Shown here piece after piece: positions 35,504-42,688 of a stretch of DNA of 46,203 nucleotides. Under the pieces are notes generated by a model. The model ran no database searches. It saw nothing but the letters and a program-made list of their open reading frames with translations, and was not told the origin of the DNA. The stretch's first letter is position 1; each line of letters starts with the position of its first letter. Made by a program: the position numbers and the translations under genes. Source of the DNA: Elusimicrobia bacterium RIFOXYA2_FULL_50_26 (GTDB lineage Bacteria > Elusimicrobiota > Endomicrobiia > Endomicrobiales > XYA2-FULL-47-53); contig MGVF01000129.1 in assembly GCA_001800355.1 (NCBI GenBank), forward strand, positions 1 to 46,203, read 5' to 3'.

Positions 35504-35697
35504 TGCCGTTTAGTTAAAGTTTTTGCTCTGAAAACACGGTTCATTTTTTTAGCTCGTGTTCCTTCTCCCCGTCGGGGAGAAGGCCAGGATGAGGGGGAAA
35601 TCGTCGGAATATTGAACCACCCCTCACCTTAACCCTCTCCCCGGAGGGGAGAGGAGACTGATTTGGTGAAGATAAAAACCTTAGCTAAACGGCATTG
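35501..35697 (+). mobile_element. R1 bipartite core inside ATGCCGTTTAG-TIR element, full length
   Basis: 197 bp flanked by a perfect 10-bp direct repeat CGGCAAGGCA (35491-35500 and 35698-35707). Termini ATGCCGTTTAGTTAA (35503-35517) / TTAGCTAAACGGCAT (35681-35695). Confidence 0.85.
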
Positions 35698-35782
35698 CGG
35701 CAAGGCAAAAATATCCTGATGTAATTACCGCCCCGGAAAAATTATCATGGTAGACAGCAACGATTGAAATTTGGTAAGATAA

Positions 35783-37111
<1,329 letters not shown>

Positions 37112-37120
37112 GCATTATCT

Positions 37121-37166
37121 CCCCCTCACCCCACCCTCTCCCCGGCGGGGAGAGGATTAACGTGAG
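37121..37166. repeat. R1 minimal unit (single hairpin)
   Basis: CCCCCTCACCCCACCCTCTCCCC-GGC-GGGGAGAGGATTAACGTGAG, starting 9 nt after the eno stop. Confidence 0.8.
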
Positions 37167-37169
37167 CAA

Positions 37170-37268
37170 AGTTGCTGTCATTGCGAGCGAAGCGAAGCAA
37201 TCTTGCTGTTTCGTATCAAAACGGCGAGATTGCTTCGTCGCGAAGGCTCCTCGCAATGACAAGCTTAT
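37170..37268 (+). repeat. R2b palindromic element
   Basis: TTGCTGTCATTGCGAGCGAAGCGAAGCAATCT..GTTTCGTATCAAAA..GAGATTGCTTCGTCGCGAAGGCTCCTCGCAATGAC. Near-identical to the copy at 38888-38986. No clear TSD. Confidence 0.8.
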
Positions 37269-37298
37269 GTAACATCAGTTAACCAGTTTTAATCAAAC

Positions 37299-37574
37299 AT
37301 GTCAAAAAATAATTCGCGGCGCTTCGTTGTTTATATAATTGTGGCGCTGGTTATGGCATTTTTGTTCGGCAACACGGGGTTTCGCACGCTTGTGCGGCGC
37401 TACTGGGAATTGCATAAATTAAACGGCCAGTTCGGCGACCTGAAAAAAGAAAACCGCCTGCTGCGAAAAGAAGTCTACCTCCTTGAGAACGATAAATCCT
37501 ACATAGAGCATATAGCCCGCAAGGAACTCGGCCTCGTTTCGCCGGGTGAAGTAGAATACCGTTTCAAAAAATAA
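37299..37574 (+). CDS. ftsB: septum formation initiator (FtsB/DivIC family)
   Basis: 91 aa. N-terminal TM, coiled coil LKKENRLLRKEVYLLEND, IEHIARKELGLVSPGE. Conserved position downstream of eno. Confidence 0.7.
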   Translation: MSKNNSRRFVVYIIVALVMAFLFGNTGFRTLVRRYWELHKLNGQFGDLKKENRLLRKEVYLLENDKSYIEHIARKELGLVSPGEVEYRFKK

Positions 37575-37575
37575 C

Positions 37576-38682
37576 ATGCAAGCCAGACTCCGGCAACGTC
37601 AAACGCCAGCAGCCCGCCAGAAAATGAAACTTGCGGCGCGTATTCACCTTGGCACGGTTATGGGATTGCCGGAGCGCGCATTCTCGGCCTTTGTAACGGA
37701 TGTCGAGCAAAGCCCCGCCTTTAAACATCTCGTTTCCTTCCGGCATAACAGTCAGAAACTTTTAACGTGGCGCCGGTTTTCCGGCACGTCGCTGGCCTGC
37801 TCTTTTGCGGGTTTAAATGAAAACCTGAATCACGATAAGTCCGGCTTCGACATAGAGACGCTGCTGCATTCACGGCCCGGCATAATCGAGCTTATCCTCT
37901 CCATAGGCCGCGAAAATTTTGAAAAATGGTTTCTTTATGACGAGGAAGCGCGTACGCCGGAAGAGGTTGCGGCGCTGTGCGACGTCCCGCTGGAAACCGT
38001 TGAAAAGATCAATGAATTCGTCAACGAAATAGACATATACGATCAGTTTCATGCATCTTCAAAATTAGTGGCATCCGGCGCCGGTAATTATTACAAGATA
38101 GCAGCCATAGAGCATGACGGCGCCGGAGGTTTTAATATAAGGTTCTACTCCCCCAGGTTTGCCCGCGGAAAATACATTATTCATTACGATCTTATTAACG
38201 AGCTTAAAAAACAGGGTTGTTTTACGGGCGGCGAATGGAAAAATATAGGCCGGCTGATCAACAAGCTTGAGCTTATAAACTCCCGCAAAACCACCATGTA
38301 CAGGATAATTTACGCGCTGATAAACAAGCAGAGGGAGTATTTCCTCAGTGGCGACGAAAAACGGCTGGCGGCCTTTACACAGAGAGAACTTGCGCGCGAT
38401 ATAGGCGTTGATGCCAGCCTCGTCTGCCGCGGGATATGCTCAAGGAGCATAGAAACGCCGCAGCACGTAGAAAAACCCCTGCATTTCTTCCTTCCCTCAC
38501 TGAAGGACATACGAAAAAATATCCTGCGCGAGCTTATGGCTCATGAGGAACGCCCGCTTAGCGACTCTGAAATAAGAAACATATTGAAGCAGAGATTTCA
38601 CTCCGACATTTCCCGCCGCAGTATTGCCTGCTGCCGTGCCGAGCTTGGCATCGAATCCTCCCAAAAAAGAAAAACCAGATAA
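37576..38682 (+). CDS. rpoN: short, divergent RNA polymerase sigma-54-like factor
   Basis: The C-terminal half runs parallel to the RpoN DNA-binding domain. [71 protein letters not shown] compares with E. coli ...[21 protein letters not shown]...[38 protein letters not shown]...[15 protein letters not shown] compares with PLSDSKLTSLL...ARRTVAKYRESLSI (RpoN box). Only 368 aa. Confidence 0.55.
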   Translation: [368 protein letters not shown]

Positions 38683-38718
38683 CTTCAATGTTGGCCAGGT
38701 AGTTGTTTAGTCATTAAG

Positions 38719-38821
38719 CGGTTTCAATCTGCGGCCTGCAACTTCGGAAAACGCGGGCTTACGTAGCTACCGCTACGCCGCGCCCACCTTTTCCTGCGTT
38801 TCGGCTCGCATATTGAAACCG
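38719..38821. repeat. R4 long imperfect palindrome (MITE-like or structured RNA)
   Basis: CGGTTTCAAT (38719-38728) pairs with ATTGAAACCG (38812-38821). Central stem CGTAGC-TACC-GCTACG at 38762-38777, exactly at the midpoint. Inner arms pair imperfectly. Confidence 0.5.
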
Positions 38822-38859
38822 AAAGACTTTATGTTCGAGTTTCGGGGGGGTGGCTTTTA

Positions 38860-38873
38860 GTAACATATGTTAC
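38860..38873. promoter_or_regulatory. perfect 14-bp palindrome, candidate activator site
   Basis: GTAACATATGTTAC. Shares the ACATA..TATGT half-sites with 39028-39040. Confidence 0.3.
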
Positions 38874-38887
38874 GCAAGAAATGCTGA

Positions 38888-38986
38888 AATTGCTGTCATT
38901 GCGAGCGAAGCGAAGCAATCTCGCTGTTTCGTATCAAAATGACGAGATTGCTTCGTCGCCAAGGCTCCTCGCAATGACATGCTGCG
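38888..38986 (+). repeat. R2b palindromic element
   Basis: Same orientation and sequence family as 37170-37268. Confidence 0.8.
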
Positions 38987-39027
38987 TAAAATCAATAACG
39001 AAGTGACTACATTAGTGTGCGGGTATG

Positions 39028-39040
39028 CACATAATATGTG
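39028..39040. promoter_or_regulatory. palindrome CACATA-A-TATGTG, candidate upstream activator site
   Basis: 6-bp perfect arms, centred about 50 bp upstream of the -24 element. Confidence 0.3.
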
Positions 39041-39082
39041 TTGCTATGTTGAAATTTTGGTGCGGTAGAGGGCGGCCATCGG

Positions 39083-39098
39083 TGGTACAATAATTGCA
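39083..39098 (+). promoter_or_regulatory. sigma-54 (-24/-12) type promoter
   Basis: TGGTAC-AATAA-TTGCA against consensus TGGCAC-N5-TTGCW. GG and GC are correctly spaced. AAGGAG at 39113-39118 and ATG at 39125. Confidence 0.55.
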
Positions 39099-39124
39099 CT
39101 TAAGGGAGGTGTAAGGAGCGCTTA

Positions 39125-40381
39125 ATGTCCAAGCGGGTTGTTATTACCGGCCTAGGAGTCATAGCGCCAAACGGCATAGGCCGGAAGGATTACTGGAACG
39201 CGGTTTTGATGGGGCGTTCCGGTATTACAACAATATCCAAGTTCGACACCTCCGGTTATGCCTCTAAGATTGCCGCAGAAGTCTCCGATTTTAACCCCAC
39301 CGACTACATCGAAAAAAAACAGGCCAGGCGTTTAAGCAGGTTCGCCCAGTTTTCGCTTGCAGCAAGCTGGATGGCCTCTCTGGATGCCGGCATAAATATC
39401 AAAAAAGAAAATCCATACAAAACCGGAATAGCGCTTGGCACGGCCGTCGGCGGCCTTGAGATAGCGGAAAAAGAGTGCGGCGCATATTTCGCGGGCAATC
39501 TGCACGGCTTAAATCCCCTTTCTTCCATGTCAATGAATCCCAACTCGGCTTTGGGCATAATAGCGGTTGATATGGGTATAAAAGGGCCGAATATGACCAT
39601 ATCCACGGGCTGCTCGGCCGGGCTTAGCGCAATCGGCTATTCCTATGATATAGTTTCAAACGGCCGCGCGGATGTAATGATCACCGGCGGCGCGGAGGCG
39701 CCCCTTTTTCCCGTAACGTTCGGTTCATTTTGCAGCGCGGAGGTGCTGACACGGCGCAACTCAGACCCCTCTCACGCAAGCCGGCCGTTTGACAGGTTCA
39801 GGGACGGCTACGTGCTTGGCGAAGGCGCCGGTATGCTTGTTGTGGAGTCGCTTGAACATGCGCTTGAACGCCACGCGGACATATATGCCGAAATCCTCGG
39901 CTACGGCGTTACAAATGACGGTTACAGCGTTTTCAAGATGGAGCCGGACGGCAAGGAAGCCGCAAAAACCATCGAGCTTGCATTATGCAACAGCGGGCTT
40001 TCGCCGTATGACGTAAGCTATATCAACGCGCACGGCAGCTCCTCGGTTGTTTCCGACAGGCGGGAAACCAACGCCATAAAACAGGTATTCGGCGAGCAGG
40101 CATACCATATCCCCATAAGCTCAATAAAATCAATGGTGGGACAGTCGCTGGCCGCGACCGCAAGCCTTCAGCTTGTTACCGCTGCGCTGGCGGTAAAATA
40201 CGACCGCATCCCGCCTACGATAAATTACGAGGAACCTGATCCGGCTTGTGATCTTGATTACGTGCCTAACGTTTGCCGCGACAACGTTGACGTCAAAGTT
40301 GTGCTGGTCAACTCCTTCGGCGCGGGCGGCAACAATATTTGTATGCTTATAGGCAAATACCGCAGCGAGGTTTTACATTGA
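39125..40381 (+). CDS. beta-ketoacyl synthase, FabF/KAS-II-like with atypical active site
   Basis: RVVITGLGVIAPNG, ISTGCSAGL (Cys163), INAHGSSS (His303), KSMVGQSLAATA (Gln340 where FabF has His), NSFGAGGNN (Ala400 where FabF has Phe). Confidence 0.85.
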   Translation: MSKRVVITGLGVIAPNGIGRKDYWNAVLMGRSGITTISKFDTSGYASKIAAEVSDFNPTDYIEKKQARRLSRFAQFSLAASWMASLDAGINIKKENPYKTGIALGTAVGGLEIAEKECGAYFAGNLHGLNPLSSMSMNPNSALGIIAVDMGIKGPNMTISTGCSAGLSAIGYSYDIVSNGRADVMITGGAEAPLFPVTFGSFCSAEVLTRRNSDPSHASRPFDRFRDGYVLGEGAGMLVVESLEHALERHADIYAEILGYGVTNDGYSVFKMEPDGKEAAKTIELALCNSGLSPYDVSYINAHGSSSVVSDRRETNAIKQVFGEQAYHIPISSIKSMVGQSLAATASLQLVTAALAVKYDRIPPTINYEEPDPACDLDYVPNVCRDNVDVKVVLVNSFGAGGNNICMLIGKYRSEVLH

Positions 40382-41724
40382 ACCTGAAAATACTACTGAT
40401 ACAGCCTCCGCTTAATCCGCACCTTATCGGGGTTGGCAGCGCTTATCTTACCGAGCCGCTGGCGCTTGAGATCATTGCGGCATCCGTCGCCGATCACGAG
40501 GTTCGGATACTGGACATGCGTACCGGCGATACGCTGGGTGCCGGCTTTTCAGGTTTTTGCCCGGATGTCGTAGGCATTACCGGCAATACGGCCGATGTTT
40601 ACCGGATGCTTGCGGTGCTTGCCGACGTTAAAAAAATTGACAACTCTATTTTAACCGTTGCCGGCGGCCATCACGCGACTATGGTGCCGCAGGATTTTAA
40701 CAAAGCGGCGGTAGACGTTATAGTTATCGGCGACGGTGAGGTTACGTTTCCGGAGCTTATCAGGGTTTACGCGCGCAAGGGGGATTTTTCGTCCGTGGCC
40801 GGGATAATGTTCCGCGACGATAACGGTGTATTTCAAGCCACTGCTCCCCGGCAGGGATGCGCCTGCCTTGACACACTGCCGTTGCCCATGCGCTCGCTGA
40901 CGGCCGGTTGCCGTAACCGCTATTTCCGCGGTTCATGGCGGCCGCTTGCGTCAATTATGACTTCCAGGGGATGCCCGTTCCGGTGCAGTTTCTGTGCTTT
41001 ATGGAAAATATCCGGCGGCCGTTACATGGTGCGCAGCCCTGAATCGGTGGTTGGCGAGCTTGAAACCATAGCCGAGGATTTTATTGATTTTGCCGAAGAT
41101 AATGCCTTGCATGACGTGCCGCGCGCGCGCAAAATAGCGGAATTGATAAGCGAGCGCGGCATAAAGAAAACATATAAATTGTACGCCCGTTCCGACACCG
41201 TTGTCCGCCATCCTTCGCTTATCGAGCAGTGGAAGCGCGTAGGCATGGAGCTGGTATTAATAGGTATGGAATCGTTCCGGGACAGCGAGTTGCGCGGGTT
41301 AAACAAGGCAAACAACGTGCGCAACAACGAAGAAGCCATACGCATACTGCACCGTAATGGCGTGGAGATCGCAGCCTATTTTATAATTCAACCGGATTAC
41401 ACTGAACAGGATTTTGACCAGTTGGCATCCTACGTCGCTTCGATGAACCTGACGCAACCGATATTTACGGTGTTAACCCCCCTTCCGGGAACAGACCTTT
41501 ACGAACAGAAATTTAAAGAGCTGACCACCCATAATTACGAGTTATACGATTTCGTGCATCCCGTGCTTCCCACGAAGCTGCCGCTTGAAAAGTTTTACGC
41601 CTGCCTGTTGCAGTTGTATTCCGCGTGTTATTCGCGCCCCGGGAGCAATAACCCGGCGGGTTCAAATGAAATTTTTGCAAAAATGCAGTCAAAGCTGATG
41701 AATGCCCACGCGGCCGGCTGTTGA
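40378..41724 (+). CDS. B12-binding-domain radical SAM protein (paralog 5)
   Basis: TTG 40378 overlaps the KAS stop (TTGA), with GAGG 7 nt upstream, and gives N-terminus (M)NLKILLIQPP like the paralogs; the track's TTG 40339 is the alternative. TVAGGHHATMVP and MTSRGCPFRCSFCALW. Confidence 0.8.
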   Translation: MNLKILLIQPPLNPHLIGVGSAYLTEPLALEIIAASVADHEVRILDMRTGDTLGAGFSGFCPDVVGITGNTADVYRMLAVLADVKKIDNSILTVAGGHHATMVPQDFNKAAVDVIVIGDGEVTFPELIRVYARKGDFSSVAGIMFRDDNGVFQATAPRQGCACLDTLPLPMRSLTAGCRNRYFRGSWRPLASIMTSRGCPFRCSFCALWKISGGRYMVRSPESVVGELETIAEDFIDFAEDNALHDVPRARKIAELISERGIKKTYKLYARSDTVVRHPSLIEQWKRVGMELVLIGMESFRDSELRGLNKANNVRNNEEAIRILHRNGVEIAAYFIIQPDYTEQDFDQLASYVASMNLTQPIFTVLTPLPGTDLYEQKFKELTTHNYELYDFVHPVLPTKLPLEKFYACLLQLYSACYSRPGSNNPAGSNEIFAKMQSKLMNAHAAGC

Positions 41725-41766
41725 AAAAATGCCGCCACACCATCTCCCTTACGTGGCTTGCGGCCA

Positions 41767-41898
41767 TACATAAATTCCTTCTCCCCCTCGGGGAGAAGGC
41801 CAGGATGAGGGGGAAGTCTTGGGGGACAGAACATTTAGCTCCCCCTCACCTTAATCCTCTCCCCGATGGGGAGAGGAAACGAGGCACCGACGATAATC
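41767..41898 (+). mobile_element. R1 bipartite element
   Basis: TACATAAATTCCTTCTCCCC...GGGGAGAGGAAACGAGGCACCGACGATAATC. About 91% identical to the copy at 42485. Confidence 0.85.
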
Positions 41899-41915
41899 AG
41901 GGGAAACGTGAAAAT

Positions 41916-42491
41916 ATGTATTTCTTCTATTTTCTTGTAATTATCAATGTGCTTACGCTTGCGGAGATGGCGTATTACCGGCGATGGAGAAAGAAGGGCA
42001 TTGTTTATTACCCCTGGCTTTTCCCGGTATGCATTATTTTTTATGTCGCGGTTAATGCAAGCGCGGCGGCGGAATTTTTGATGATCGAAAGAGTTATAAA
42101 TCCCGTGGCGGTGGGGCTGGGTTTTTGCTGCGCGGTTATCCGGTTTGCATTAAAATACGTTTCCGCGGCCGGGTTGGGGAAATACTGGGGCGTGCATATC
42201 GAAATACGCAAAGATCATGAGCTTATAAAAAGTGGGCCGTTTAAGATATTGCGCCACCCGGGTTATTTAAGCACCGTATTCGAAATGCTGACCATACCGC
42301 TTGTGGCCAATGCCTGGTATACGCTGGCCTGGGTTGTCGCGGGATATTCGGTATTATTGTACGTCAGGATACGACTGGAAGATAATGTGTTGCAAAAAGA
42401 GTTCGGCAGGGAGTTCGACGATTACCGTAAAAACACCGGAGCGCTTCTGCCGTCATTGCGCCTGACCCCGCCAACTTGCGATGATACATAA
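41916..42491 (+). CDS. isoprenylcysteine carboxyl methyltransferase (ICMT)/phospholipid methyltransferase family membrane protein
   Basis: Polytopic membrane protein with GPFKILRHPGYLSTVFEMLTIPL...RLEDNVLQKEFGREFDDYRKNTGALLP. The 65 codons upstream of ATG 41916 in track ORF 41721.. are repeat-encoded. Confidence 0.75.
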   Translation: MYFFYFLVIINVLTLAEMAYYRRWRKKGIVYYPWLFPVCIIFYVAVNASAAAEFLMIERVINPVAVGLGFCCAVIRFALKYVSAAGLGKYWGVHIEIRKDHELIKSGPFKILRHPGYLSTVFEMLTIPLVANAWYTLAWVVAGYSVLLYVRIRLEDNVLQKEFGREFDDYRKNTGALLPSLRLTPPTCDDT

Positions 42492-42648
42492 GTCCCTTCT
42501 CCCCGACGGGGAGAAGGCCAGGATGAGGGGGAAGTCTTCGGTAACAGAACATTTAGCTCCCCCTCACCTTAATCCTCTCCCCGATGGGGAGAGGAAACGA
42601 TTCGCCGACGATCAAGCCCCGCCGGGGAGAGGGTTAAGATGAGCGGGA
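42485..42648 (+). mobile_element. R1 bipartite element plus an extra hairpin unit
   Basis: TACATAAGTCCCTTCTCCCC...GGGGAGAGGAAACGATTCGCCGACGATCAAG, then CCCCGCCGGGGAGAGGGTTAAGATGAGCGGG. Its first bases provide the TAA stop (42489-42491) of the methyltransferase gene. Confidence 0.85.
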
Positions 42649-42688
42649 ATCGTGTTGTTTATCCCTGGTAAATAATTGGAGGATTTTA

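Noticed and set aside
41721-41915. N-terminal 65 codons of track ORF 41721..42491
   Set aside because: They are encoded by the R1 bipartite repeat (…LLPLGEKARMRGKS…PPHLNPLPDGERKRG…). The same peptide-like strings appear in other frames and strands wherever the repeat occurs. The real start is ATG 41916, at the first TM helix.
42666-42680. Second sigma-54-like motif TGGTAA-ATAAT-TGGA upstream of rSAM paralog 6
   Set aside because: It resembles the 39083 site (14 of 17 positions), but the invariant -12 GC is GG, and the motif overlaps the GGAGG ribosome-binding site. It is probably not a functional -24/-12 promoter.
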